A stretch of DNA of 64,000 nucleotides from Octopus bimaculoides (Eukaryota): contig NC_068991.1 in assembly GCF_001194135.2 (NCBI RefSeq), forward strand, positions 17,499,882-17,563,881. The letters run 5' to 3'. Numbering within the stretch: position 1 is the first letter of the stretch; the number at the start of each line of letters is the position of its first letter. The translations under genes were made by a program, and so were the position numbers. This document shows positions 28,449-40,780 of this stretch, piece after piece. Under the pieces are notes generated by a model that saw nothing but the letters and a program-made list of their open reading frames with translations, was not told the DNA's origin and searched no databases.

Positions 28449-29058
28449 GGGGTGAAAGCACATGGCTCAGTGGTTAGAGCATCGGGGTCACAATCTTGAG
28501 CTGGTAAGTTTGATTCCAGGCTAGTCTGTGTGTTGTGTTCTTGGGTAAGACACTTTATTTCACGTTGCTACAGTTCACTCAGCCGTAGAAATGAGTTGTG
28601 ATGTCACTGGTGCCAAGCTGTATTGGCCTTTGCTCTTCACTTGGATAACATCAGTGGTGTGGAGAATGGGAGGCTGGTATGCATGGGCGACTGCTTGTCT
28701 TCCATAAACAACCTTGCCTAGACTTGTGCCTTAGAGCAGGGGTTTTCAAACTGTGGTCTGCAGACCACAGGGGATCCGTGGACAGCAAATACTTTTTATG
28801 GGCAATTTGATTTTATATATGTTTTATAATCGAAATTTTTTAATTGGCAATAAACCTATTTGTTAAATACTGTTAAATAAATAAATGAAAAATATATGTT
28901 ATTTTAAGCAAATATTTATGTATAAATTTCATAAGCGTTTATAAGGGTAAAGCCTGAAATATAAAGGGGTCCGCAAGTCAAAACGTTTGAAAACCCCTGC
29001 CTTAGAGGGTAACTTTCTAGGTGCAATCCCATGGTCATTCATGACTGAAGGGGGTCTT
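28449..29058 (+). mobile_element. tRNA-derived SINE (family D) interrupted by a hAT MITE. Other copies at about 27368-27720(+), 27727-27880(+), 30945-31080(+), 22790-22955(-), 44065-44153(-), 61225-61360(-)
   Basis: GTGGTTAGAG A-box and GTTTGATTCC B-box-like head; body matches 27368..27720 once the MITE is removed. Confidence 0.8.
28737..28999. mobile_element. hAT-type MITE (263 bp)
   Basis: Perfect 15-bp TIRs CAGGGGTTTTCAAAC/GTTTGAAAACCCCTG and 8-bp TSD CCTTAGAG at 28729-28736 and 29000-29007. Confidence 0.92.
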
Positions 29059-29269
29059 AAGTTAAGTTAAAGTGTTCTAGTGGGAAGAGACAGGAGGAAA
29101 GAGGGAACAATATCAAATATGGAAGAGAAAGCTATTGGAGTTGACGGAGATGATAGCGAGTTTAAAATGGCTAACTTAACTTCAAAATACTCACAAAGTT
29201 CAAAATTGGGGATTGGTCATGCTTTGACATGTGAGAAGTGAGCAAAGAGTTAGTGTTAGGGATACTTAC

Positions 29270-30391
29270 TTAACTTCTCATTGCAATGGGAGCATATCTC
29301 AACACCAGTTACTGACACTTGTTCTGTTTTATCACTGCTAAGAGATGTCAATGATCTAGTATTAGGTAACTTGGTTGCTGCAGAGTTATCTCTTTGCTGG
29401 AATCCAGTTATTCCACCCTGGCCTTGAAATGGTCGAGCTGAGTTATTGTTCTTTGTGTACATGCTTCCATATGGATTTGAAGTGTGTTGGGAATAAGAAC
29501 CAGCAGTGGAGATGTTCGAGCTGGAGTAGCCATGGGAGAGTCCATCGTATGGCCTGGCAGAGTCCTCATATGAGGCATATGAATGACGATAGTTGGTGGA
29601 TTTCAAGGCGTTTTCAGTTGACTGGTTGATAGCAGGGGTTACTGGGGAAAACTTAGATGCTTGTTTGTAAACATATGGTTTTATCCCCACTCTGGAAACT
29701 GAGAGATCTCGCTGTGAATAGCTCGATCTGTCACCTGCAGGTCTCACAGCCCTATTCTCACTAGGACCTTTCCAAAGCTCTTCCTTTCCTTCCGTCCAAT
29801 GATCTGATAGTCTACGTTGCTCAGACTTTTCAGCCATCCAGTGAGATTGTGACCCCACTTGGCTCTGTTTTGGAAGGCCTTCTTGCCGAAGTCCACCATT
29901 ATTATATTTTGGAACATTGTCCACAGGATAGGAACTTCGGAGTTGGGAAGCTTGAGAATATTCTTTGGATACAGAAGAAGAGGAAGGAGATGTAGAATAA
30001 GAGGAGAACGATGGAGAGAACTCAGGTTTTCGGTCCGCTAACCAAGGAGCAGGCTTCCGACCAGCATCAGAATTTTCTGGAGCTATCCATTCTTTTGGAT
30101 CTCTGTGCCGAGCTTTTGGAACAGCATTTAGAGAATGAAGTTCAGTTTTACTTGGTGGCTCGCGCTTAATTGGTGAAACGTGATGGGGGAGGTTAGAGTT
30201 GAATTCAGGCTTTTCTTGCAATGGAGTAGGTTTGCGATTCATTGCTAGCAAATCTTCTCGAGTAAGTCGCTGACTCTCCTTTGGGTCAGGCTCATTCTTG
30301 GAGAAACGTGAAACAGCACTTTCCATTTTAGTGAACAGAATCAGTTTTTTCTGTGGGCTTATTTGAACAGGGCTTGATTTGAGGGGAACAT
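29270..30391 (-). CDS. LMO7: LMO7-like exon (1122 nt, phase 1 to 1) ending in the LIM domain start VSVTGVEICSHCNEKL
   Basis: Contains ORF 29256..30326 extended upstream to acceptor ttttttctag. Donor TAA|gtaagt. C-x2-C first zinc knuckle of a LIM domain. Confidence 0.9.
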
Positions 30392-31347
30392 CTAGAAAAA
30401 AAGAAAAAAATGTGTTAAAATGAAGAAAGGAGTAAATGTCACAAAGAACTTATACTGATTTACAATATCAAATATAAGAGGTTCAGTCTCACTGCATGGT
30501 ACCTTGATTGAATGCCTTGTACTCTAGCCTCAAGCTAATCAATGCCTTGTGAGGGAATTTGGGTGTGTGTGTGTGTGTGCATACAAATGCATGTGAATGT
30601 GTATGAATGCTAATAAATCATGTTTATCACTGGTTTAGTGAAACAATGGTAATGCTGACATGCTTTGTCGAAATCATGATCAGTCACTATGATGAGTGCA
30701 TCCAGCCATAAAATCTGCCTCAAAGAATTCACTATCTAAATCCATGCTAGCATGGATAAATGGAGATTAAATCAACAAAGATCGCAGTACAGCCCTGTGA
30801 TAAAGCCTCTCCATAGTCTTAGTAAGAGACGCGCTCTCCTTGATCAATTAATTATTTATATTAGTAGCTGAAGAGAACTAAAATACAAATAAACTAGAAT
30901 AAGTGAAATAAAATGATTAATCTAGTAAAACTTTAAATAAAGGTGTGAGCTTAGTGGTTAGGGTACTGACTGCATGATCATAAGATCGTGGGTTTGATTT
31001 CTGAATCAGGTAGCATATAATATATTTGTGCAAGACACTTCATTTCATGTTGCTTCAGTCTACTCAATTGAACATGAACACCAGCCAAGCACAGGTGTAG
31101 TTCTCTCTCTCTCCTTAAATCTTTCATATCCCCAATGTTCACTTGGGTTAAGGGTAAGAGGGCCAAGTATTACAAACCCGCAAATACTACACAACTGAAC
31201 AAGATTGCATAATGCATGGTATCAATGTCAGCTTTTGACTACTTAGGCACCTAAAAAAACAATCAGCCAAAGCATGACATATACTATCAAGTGATGGCCA
31301 TGCTATTTTTCATGCTCTTTTGTTTCTTGTTTTTTTTTAACAAACAC

Positions 31348-31723
31348 ATCAATGGCACCTGTGCCCAGCATCGCCTTCCTAGCACTTGTGCCAGATGGCA
31401 CGTGTAAAGACATTCGAGCAAGATCGTTGCCAGTCCCGCCAAACTGGCTCCTGTGCAGGTGGCACGTAAAATACACCATTTTGAGCGTGGCTGTTGCCAG
31501 TACTGCCTGATTGGCCTTCGTACCAGAGGCACGTAAAAGCACCCACTACACTCTCGGAGTGGTTGGCGTTAGGAAGGGCATCCAGCTGCAGAAACTCTGC
31601 CAAATCAGACTGGAGCCTGGTGCAGCCATCTAGTTTCACCAGTCCTCAGTCAAATCGTCTAACCCATGCTAGCATGGAAAGCGGATGTTAAATGACGATG
31701 ATGATGATGATGATGATGATGAT
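31348..31723 (+). mobile_element. RTE-tailed SINE-like element (family C) ending in (GAT)n; internal triplicated GGCACGTAAAA motif
   Basis: Matches 11617..11817, 42720..42897, 63225..63503 and decayed 48655..48900. Its tail matches the RTE 3' fragment at 39345..39752. Confidence 0.8.
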
Positions 31724-31840
31724 CTATTAATCAGTTTAACACTTAATGTTTTACCCAAATTTTCAGGAAAAAAAAAGAATGTTTCATTTTTATTCTAGCA
31801 TGGGGAAAATGACCAAAAGATAGATCAAAAGAAAAATTAC

Positions 31841-32129
31841 CAGAAGATGCTCTGGGCCGTGGTGCAACATATTTCGAATTTGACGTCAAAGAAAGACGAG
31901 ACAAAGAAGTAGAAAGTGGTTGCATTGTCCTTGAAGAGTCTGAATGCTGAGGTTGAGCAGAGAAAGATGGTTGTTGGATTGCTTTCTCAATAGTGCCAGA
32001 CAAAGAAGCCCGATGCATCATCTTCTTTGCTTGTTCTAACTGCTGTTGTTGTTCCTGCACCATCCGTCGGTCTTCCTCCACTCTCTGTTTTTCCTCTGCT
32101 ATTCTTTGCTTCTCTTTATCCAATTGTTC
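31841..32129 (-). CDS. LMO7: LMO7-like exon (289 nt, phase 0 to 1): coiled-coil EQLDKEKQRIAEEK... to PRPRASS
   Basis: Within ORF 31743..32135. Acceptor attacttgcag, donor CTG|gtaatt. Confidence 0.85.
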
Positions 32130-32429
32130 CTGCAAGTAATTGATAGTTCAGAGAGGTGTAGAACTGAGTGCACCATCTACCTCTTACCCAAGAAAAATAC
32201 TACATGCATGCACATAATAGACAAACTTCCTCACATTACTTCAAATACCATTGCTACACCAACCATGAGCACAATTACTCTCATCAATCACCCACCATCA
32301 CCCTAGATATATATAGGGACGTGCACATTCTCTGTATTGTGCATGTACTTCTAGCTTTCATTGCTGTCTTTCTTTATTTGACTTATATCTCTGCTCTCTG
32401 TCCCACTTTTTAACCTTTTCTGATAAACT

Positions 32430-32817
32430 GTGGAGGCGCAATGGCCCAGTGGTTAGGGCAGCGAACTCGCGGTCATAGGATCGCGGTTTCGATTCCCAGA
32501 CCAGGCATTGTGAATGTTTATTGAGCGAAAACACCTAAAAGCTCCCCAAGGCTCTGGCAGGGGATGGTGGCGAACACTGCTGTACTCTTTCACCACAACT
32601 TTCTCTCCCTCTTATTTCCTGTTTCTGTTGTGCCTGTAATTCAAAGGGTCAGCCTTGTCACACTGTGTCACGCTGAATATCCCCGAGAACTACGCTAAAA
32701 GTACACATGTCTGTGGAGTGCTCAGCCACTTGCACGTTAATTTCACGAGCAGGCTGTTCCGTTGATTGGATCAACTGGAACCCTCGTCGTCGTAAGCGAC
32801 GGAGTGCCAACACACAC
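32430..32817 (+). mobile_element. Full-length tRNA-derived SINE (family B)
   Basis: Reverse-complement match to 12973..13359 over its full length. Possible imperfect TSD ataaact/ataagct. Confidence 0.9.
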
Positions 32818-33745
32818 ATAAGCTGTAGTACACCGGAACACTGAATACAGTAAGCTCATTATTTTAATTATTATTATTATTATTATTATTATGAAGACGA
32901 AGAGTGCGATTTGATTGTAAGATATTTTATTAGTTGAACGATAATTCAACAGTACGTCTGTCTTTATCAAGTTCATGGAAAATAGGCATTAATTAATGAT
33001 GAAGATGATGACACTGATAGAAGTCCATCAGGTGTGTGTATGTGTATGTGTGTTTTAAATAAAGGGTTAAACACTTATGGTATGTGAATTAGTAGCTCCA
33101 GTTCTATGTAGCTACTTGATTTGTTGAGTATATAAACAGATTAGCTGCTTATTTATCTAGGATTGATCATATGATGCAGACACCTCTGATGAGAGTTCAG
33201 TAAGGCTAGAGAAACAATTAAGGCTCTTCATCATTCTTATCAATCGACAGAGAAATAGTTAAATTCACCAATGTTTATATTCCTAATATGTAGGTTTACA
33301 TATGTGTGTGTGTGTGTATGCATCAATGTTTGTCAGTTCGTATCTTATCTTGTCATCACATGCGGATGACAAACAAATCCCAAAGTCATATAAACAGTTG
33401 TCTTTCATATGCAATTGTCCACGCAAACATGTCCAGTCGCTGTACTGTTCATTGTTCAAAGAAACAGAGGAAATATTATTTTACTTAGAAACAGGTGAGT
33501 GTTTGTGATAGGAAGAATACCTGGCCATACAAAATTTGCCTCAACAAATACATGTTAAAATGATGATGATGATGATGATGATGATGACGATAGTAGTGTA
33601 TGATTTAGTGGAGATTTGGCTGCAGTTTCTAACTGGTCAAGTGACTACAGAGAGGCATGTAGCGTTACTTTGCCCAGCCGCTTTTTGATAATAATGGTAG
33701 TGAGCATGGACGAAGGTGGGATAATGAAGTAATAGAATATCTTAC

Positions 33746-34047
33746 CTTCTCGTGCTGCAGTAGCATCTCCTTCTCCTGGAGTCGTCTTTTCTCTTCGGCT
33801 TCTTTACGCTGTTGCTGCTCCTGGAGTCGCTTCTTTTTCTCCTCCTCAATCAGTTGCCGCTCCTGTGCGATCATGCGCTGCTCCTCAAACAGGCGTTTCT
33901 GTGCATCCAATGCAGCTTGCTCACGCTCTTCTATCCTCCTCTGCTCCTTTGTGGCTTCATCCTCTTCTTCTTCATCCTCTTCTCCATCTCTGGAAGGGGA
34001 AGTTAGAAGCTGGCTGCTGTTGTTCATCAAACTACTGTAGCTTTTAC
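33746..34047 (-). CDS. LMO7: LMO7-like exon (302 nt, phase 1 to 0): acidic stretch plus E/Q/R/K-rich coiled-coil
   Basis: Within ORF 33665..34054. Acceptor atttgtcag, donor AAG|gtaaga. Confidence 0.88.
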
Positions 34048-34411
34048 CTGACAAATGACATCAGAGAAAAAACATTAACATGCTTGTCATATACATATAT
34101 GCACACACTATATAATAAAATAGGAAAATGGAAACTTTTGGTAATTTATTCTCTATTACATATGTTTCATTTGCTAATAGGAATCACAAAGATTTACGAG
34201 TTAGATAGACATGTAAAAAATTTCCTATATAAAGAATGTTATAATTATTCTTTATCTGAAAAGTTTCTAATAGGAAATTCTTTACATGTCTTATCTAACA
34301 TGTAAATCATTGTCATTCTTATTAGCAAATGAAACATGTGTAATGGAGAATAAATAACATCAAAAGATTTTCATTTTCCTAACAATCCAACATATATATA
34401 TATATATATAT

Positions 34412-35067
34412 ATAAAGTGTAGTATATTGCCACTTAAGTGTGGCTGACCCCTAGGGGTGGATGTTACTGTTGCTTTTAGCCCCAGGAGGACATCTCCTCC
34501 AGCTGGCTTATCGACACACGACTGTGTCCTGNNNNNNNNNNNNNNNNNNNNNNNNNNNNNNNNNNNNNNNNNNNNNNNNNNNNNNNNNNNNNNNNNNNNN
34601 NNNNNNNNNNNNNNNNNNNNNNNNNNNNNNNNNNNNNNNNNNNNNNNNNNNNNNNNNNNNNNNNNNNNNNNNNNNNNNNNNNNNNNNNNNNNNNNNNNNN
34701 NNNNNNNNNNNNNNNNNNNNNNNNNNNNNNNNNNNNNNNNNNNNNNNNNNNNNNNNNNNNNNNNNNNNNNNNNNNNNNNNNNNNNNNNNNNNNNNNNNNN
34801 NNNNNNNNNNNNNNNNNNNNNNNNNNNNNNNNNNNNNNNNNNNNNNNNNNNNNNNNNNNNNNNNNNNNNNGCTTTTAGCAATAACCCTGAAATCCAGATC
34901 CGTTCGTGCTGCAGATCGTGGTGAGAGGGATAACTTCCCTTGGCAAACAGGACACAGTCGTGTGTCGATAAACCAGCTGGAGGAGATGTCCTCCTGGGGC
35001 TAAAAGCAACAGTAACATCCACCCCTAGGGGTCAGCCACACTTAAGTGGCAATATACTACACTTTAT
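34412..35067. mobile_element. Long-TIR MITE or foldback element spanning a gap
   Basis: 34412-34531 is the reverse complement of 34948-35067 (120 bp, one mismatch seen); centre partly N. Confidence 0.75.
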
Positions 35068-35109
35068 CGTGCAGTTACTGTTAATACTTCATTTAGAGAA
35101 TTAACATTG

Positions 35110-35144
<35 letters not shown>

Positions 35145-36884
35145 GCATATATGGGTGCAGGATGCCACAAACAGTAAACAACATGAAATACAAAAACAAA
35201 AGAGTTGAATACATAAACAACGAAAGAAACGAATAGAAAACAGGACAAGTAACATAAAGAACGACCCTTCATCAGTTGTCAGCTGTCCATCTACTCCTCA
35301 TTTCAAGCATTGAACAGCAATATGAGTCTTCGAAGAGCAGTTGCTCCCGCAAACCAAAATAAAATTTTGCAGAGGATCAAAGTTGGTAACAAAAACAGGA
35401 CAGTGGAGACATACAAGGAAACCAAACGAAAACAAACATGGAGAGTCATTAGACCAGACAAAGATAAAATAGCAAACGCTGAAGAAATATTCTCTTTGAC
35501 AAGAGGAAAGATAGAAGAGACAGATGGGATATGTGCAGTCTCTATGATAGCCGTGAAGGAAAAGAAAGATCATTACATAAGGAAAAGAAAGATGGACGAT
35601 GGTCACATGTGAGCAACAAGAGAGAGAGAGAGTGTAAAGGAGAGGGAGAGACAGACAGAAAAAAAACGGTGAAAGGGAGATTCAGAAGATGAAACTAGAA
35701 ACTGTAGTAAATAGTATTCTTGAATTTATTTAGCATTCCTCTTTATTTGCTTATACATACATACAGACAGAAAGATGCAGGTATGTCTGTGTAGATATGA
35801 AGCTTTCCTTATAACCATGTGATTACAGGTTCTATTTCACTGCATGGCACTGTGCATCTACTATAGCCTCAGGTTGACCAATTCCTTGTAAATGAAATTG
35901 GCAACTGAAACTATTGAAGAGAGACAGCTACAGAATAATGCAGGCAAAAGCTGAAGTTGAAGAAGAAGTAGTTTAATTCTGTATCAGTCTGTGCAATCAC
36001 TGAGGCTTTGCTTCTGGAGAGACAAGGGCATTGAACTAAGAGTAGACAACTCTGTCTTGCTTCTGTTATTCTTTTATACTTAGAAATACATTTCATACCC
36101 ACTAAACTGACATCAAAAACAAATTTTAGACATAAAATGGCTACAAATTAAATCAGTCAAAGCTTGTGTCGACCAGGGTTGACCATGTATAGCCACCTAT
36201 ATTCACAAGGTTGGGCAACATTTTCTTTTATATTTTTGTGTGTGGGACTGGTAGTTGCCCATGCATATGCAAGTCTCCTCTCTTCATGCCACCAATGTTG
36301 TCAAAGGGAAAAGTCATTACCTTAAAGATGAGAGAACTCGACACTGGTGTTGCTGTCTGAACACGAAGAATCAAATAATACTACAAGGCATCTTGTAGTA
36401 TCTGCTTTGATTTCTCTAACAATTCTGCAATCCCCATTTGGATTGCTACACTTTTTATCACTCCCAAAAGGATGAAAGATAAAGTTGACCTCAGTGAGAT
36501 TTGATCTCCCATCATACAAAGTTGGAAGAAATACCATAAGGTATTCTGTCTAACACACTAATGTTAGACTGCTGTCTTTTTTTAATCAACCATGAACAAA
36601 ACCTTTGAAAGTCCAGACCCTCAGTGGGATTTGGATTCATCTCGCAGAAAGTCAGAACAAATGCCATGAGGTTTTTTTGTCCACCACTCTAATGACTCTT
36701 CCACTTATCTGCTACATAGAAACATTTAAAATACTCATTAATAATGTTTAAAAAAAGAACTTGGAAGCCTAGTATCCATGTTAGAAATTAATAATTAAAA
36801 ACAAATAAGAATAATATATCATAAATTTTCTCCTAAAATTTTCAGCATTACATATAACAAGAAAGAATGAGAAACAGTTCTCAC

Positions 36885-36964
36885 CTTCGTCATCTGAACT
36901 TCTGTCAGCCACTTTCTCTCCATATGTTAGTTCCACATTGAAATTATATTCCGGGAGATTGCTT
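36885..36964 (-). CDS. LMO7: LMO7-like exon (80 nt, phase 2 to 1): SNLPEYNFNVELTYGEKVADRSSDDE
   Basis: Acceptor ttcttactttcatag, donor AAG|gtgaga. Phases bridge 38634 and 34047. Confidence 0.83.
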
Positions 36965-37084
36965 CTATGAAAGTAAGAAAATGAGTGATTGAGTAAGGGT
37001 TATTGCTATATGGACTGTTAGATATGTAATTCGTCTGACATTCCGTGTGTCACTGTGGTTCGTCTGAGTTNNNNNNNNNNGGAC

Positions 37085-37338
37085 TGTTAGATATGTAATT
37101 CGTCTGACATTCCGTGTGTCACTGTGGTTCGTCTGAGTTCATTGTTTCATTGTTGTTGTCTTGTGTGACTGTCATAGTAAAATGTCATTGATATATGTAT
37201 GGTGGACATGACTTTTGTTTATTCATAATGAACATTGGGTGAGTGCGTTCTTTGTATATAATTGAATAATAAATGTAATAATTAAATTTGTATAACTCTT
37301 TGTGTTATCTCTGCGAGTCTTCCGAAGGAAATACAACA
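37085..37338. mobile_element. Possible solo LTR (about 254 bp)
   Basis: TGTT...AACA termini, internal TATATA and AATAAA; no matching TSD found. Confidence 0.3.
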
Positions 37339-37413
37339 GTTATTAAAAGGATAAATTAGGAATTCGGTGGTTCATGTTTTTTACTAGCATTATCTGTGGT
37401 CAAGACACGGTTT

Positions 37414-37665
37414 TCTTAACTTTTTGAACCTACAAGTACACTTAATGAGCAGTTTCATTTGACTAATAATCCTAGAAGAAACAAAAGTGGGCAGCTGCAC
37501 AGTTTTTGTTTTTTTTTGTTAATGATTGAAAATAACAATGTTTCTGCCAATTCTACAAACCATCAACACAAAACAATGTCGCCACCTGTTTTTGTGTCTT
37601 CTAGGAATGTAGTCAAATGAAACTGCGCCCACCAAAGCTTACTTGCAGGCTCAAAGGAATTAAGA
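37414..37665. mobile_element. Decayed MITE with about 75-bp imperfect TIRs
   Basis: GCAGTTTCATTTGACTA...CCTAGAAGA on the left is mirrored by TCTTCTAGG...TAGTCAAATGAAACTGC on the right. Confidence 0.6.
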
Positions 37666-38633
37666 GATGGACACACAAACAACTACATAAATTAAAACAA
37701 AATGATAAGGGTAGTGCACTTCATGCATTCATTTTTACAACCGTTTTTTCATTGATTACATGGGTTTGGGACAGGGGATGCTTTTGAAGTAGCATTTTAT
37801 GGTTGGATACTTTTCCTGTCACCAACCTGTACCTCTTTTTCAAGAAAGGGATTTTTATACCACTAGTCTTCAAAACACCAGAGTAATCAGTCTTGATAAC
37901 AACAGTCACATAAAACATATGATAACACATATGCATACAAACACATACATACACAGACATATACACCATATATTACACACAAACACACATACATATATAC
38001 ATTCGCATGGCAGGCTACATGGTCTGCCTTCCAATTCTACCACTCACAAGCCACTGGTTGGTATCAAAGTATCCAGTGTGATGCGCAGTGAGATAGAACT
38101 CAAAACCATGTAGTTAACAAGTGAACATATCTACATAGGCAAACCATTATATAAAAAAAGAGGGAAAAAAAGGGAACTTTCTGAGTAAAGATTTTCATAC
38201 ATAAAGAGTTCTCTTCTCTTCACAATACATAGATATTTTCATCTGCAGAACATTACTGATTAATGATGGGGAGGAGGATGAAATATGTACTAAAACAAAC
38301 CAAAATGAAAAACAACAACAAAAAAGACAACAGTGAAGTGCAGGCATGGGTGTAATTAAGCAGTTTGCTTCCCAACCACATGATTTCAGGTTCAGTTCCC
38401 CTGCGTAGCACCTTGGGCAAGTGTTTTCCACTAAAGCTCTGGGCCAAACAAAATCTTGTGAGTGGATCTCGTAGACAGAAACTGAAACAAGTCCATTGTG
38501 AGTGTAAGTGTGTGTGTGTGTCTGTGTGTGTTAAAATGATAATAATGATGATGATAAATCAGAAGAGATCAGAGAAGAGGAAAGGATTGGAGTATGCAGC
38601 AGAATTGGAGATGTAGTCAAATTTATGTCTTAC

Positions 38634-38824
38634 CCTTTGTTATACATTGTTGCTTGTGGCATTTGGTTTTTAGGGTCAATCTGCAAATGTGAAGTCGAAA
38701 CTGGTGTCTGTGGGGGAATCTGGATCTTTAATGGTGCCGAAAAATTATCAGTGTTCTTCTCAGCTTTCTCTATGAGGTTCTCTGTGACTGGTTGGTCTTT
38801 GGCAATAGTTGTTTGCAATCGTAC
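38634..38824 (-). CDS. LMO7: LMO7-like exon (191 nt, phase 0 to 2): VRLQTTIAKDQPVTEN...QATMYNK(G)
   Basis: Overlaps ORF 38630..38818. Acceptor atctctctag, donor GG|gtaaga. Confidence 0.8.
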
Positions 38825-39344
38825 CTAGAGAGATTGTTTGTGTAAATGAGAAAGTTTTCCATGTTATAAACTAAACTTCCCATGAGATATTAACAACATT
38901 AGTATACTTTTAGATGATAGATTTAACCTATCACCCATTTTTTTTTACTCTACCACCTGACCTGGTCTGGAGGAAACTTCTTCCCTTTATCCACTAATCT
39001 TAAAGACTCTTAAAAAGGCCAAAAGTAGCTGGCAAGTGAGCAGAGATGTGAGATCATGAGCACCCTTGAATTTTGTCAAGGACATGACAACCTCTCTGGT
39101 GTTGGCGCCACAATAAAATGTAACCAGTACACTCTGTAAATAGTTTGTGTCATGAAGAGCATCCAGCTATAGAAACCCTGTTAAAAAATATAACATAAGC
39201 GAGGGCAGTAACTTTGAATAAGAACCAACAGACTGTGATGACCCATCTAAGTCATTCCAACATGGAAAGTGGATGTAAAATGATGACAATTTCAATCACT
39301 CTCTCTCATGCATACGCACGCGCATGCACAGACACACATACAGT

Positions 39345-39751
39345 CAAAATCATCATCCTTTAACATCTGTTTTCCATGCTAGCATGGGTTGGACAGTTTG
39401 ATCAGAGCTGGCAAGGTTGAGAGCTGCACCAGGTTCCAGTCCATTTTGGCTTGGCTTCTATGGTTGGATGCTCTTCCTAATGACAACCACATTACAGAGT
39501 GTGCCAGGTGCTTTTTACATGTAATAGCTCCTGTGCTGGAATTTAAAAGCACTCATGCCACTGGCAAGCCAATCCTCTTCACCAGGTGGAGCAGCATCAA
39601 CATTTCTGCTGTGGAGGATGGGTATTCTTGAGTACAGATGGGTACAGCAAGGCACCAGATATTTCGATTCTTGTCATCTCTTCAGTAAGGTCAAGTGTTC
39701 TGAGATTGTCCTTCAGTAATTCATCCCATGTCTTCTTGGGTTTTCCTCTCC

Positions 39752-39752
<1 letters not shown>
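39345..39752 (-). mobile_element. RTE-clade LINE 3' remnant (ORF2 C-terminus plus 3' UTR)
   Basis: Minus strand reads GRGKPKKTWDELLKDNLRTLDLTEEMT then a frameshift, resembling the RTE GRPRKTW C-terminal motif. It is followed by the family C tail and an ATGATG end. Confidence 0.65.
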
Positions 39753-39799
<47 letters not shown>

Positions 39800-40440
39800 T
39801 TAATAACAGTTTGGCTCAGTTCCTTGTAACTTAAAGTCTTGTAGGCTCATAGGGCAAACCTAACTTGTCAGGCGTCTAGAGATAGAGTAACAGGATACAA
39901 GACAAATTCAAGATAGCTTTCAGATATTAGACCCTATAGATGAACTCAGGGCACATGTTATTGGTTTGGAAACAAAATCAACTATTCTCTTTGTTCTTAG
40001 GTCCATGTTGACAGACAAGATGTAGGTAGGTAGTTCTCACTGCAATGTCTGGAAACTGTGGTATGGTTTATTTAGAGACATCACTTCACTCCATTGGCTG
40101 ATACACACGACAGAGTGGGATGCTGTCATCAGTTAATGTAGAAATAACCACTACAGTGGCAACAGCCTTTCCATAAGTGTAACCTGATTTGATGGTGCTG
40201 TATTAAAATTTGGTGATGCTACGTTGGATTGTCAGCATGATGAGTTAAGTTCATTCTATGAGCCTAGGGAACTTTAAGTTGCTTAGAGCTGAGACAACTT
40301 ACTAAAATATATGTAATTCCTACCAAATTTTGAGTAGGAACTACATATATTGAAATTATATAAATGTTGAAGAGAGCGTTGGGTACCACTTTCTTTCATT
40401 TGTCCACTTGTGTGTGCGTGTGTGTGTATGAATGAATGTG

Positions 40441-40477
<37 letters not shown>

Positions 40478-40516
40478 AAGCATGTATATTTAATTAATTA
40501 TATCTTATATATAGCA

Positions 40517-40735
40517 TGGCAGCAAGCTGGCAGAATCGTTAGCACGCCAGATGAAATGCTTGGCGGTATTTTATCTGCCGCTACATTCTGTGTTCAAATT
40601 CTGCTGAAGTCGACTTTGCCTTTCATCCCTTTGGGGTCAATGAAATAAGTACCAGTTACGCACTGGGGCTGATATAATCAACTAGCCCTCTTCTTGCCAA
40701 AATTTCTAAGGCCTTGTGCCTAGAGTAGAAATAAT
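40517..40735 (+). mobile_element. SINE family E copy. Minus-strand copies at about 5440-5560, 15250-15395, 15545-15680, 36420-36540, 36590-36680, 48420-48620
   Basis: GGCAGAATCGTTAGC head, GTTCAAATT B-box-like motif, GTCGACTTTGCCTTTCATCC core. Confidence 0.75.
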
Positions 40736-40780
40736 TAATTATATCTTATAGCATTTTATATTTTCTTCCTGGAAAATTTT

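Noticed and set aside
29375-30041. Plus-strand ORFs overlapping the large exon; likewise 32046, 33812, 41454 and 57181
   Set aside because: Antisense shadows of coding exons.
35230-35620. ORF 35310..35612 and a minus-strand CTGATGA motif
   Set aside because: Looks like a repeat fragment with no recognisable protein motif; the GAAA half of a hammerhead core is missing.
37012-37139. 59-bp exact duplication flanking a 10-N gap
   Set aside because: Assembly artefact, not a biological tandem repeat.
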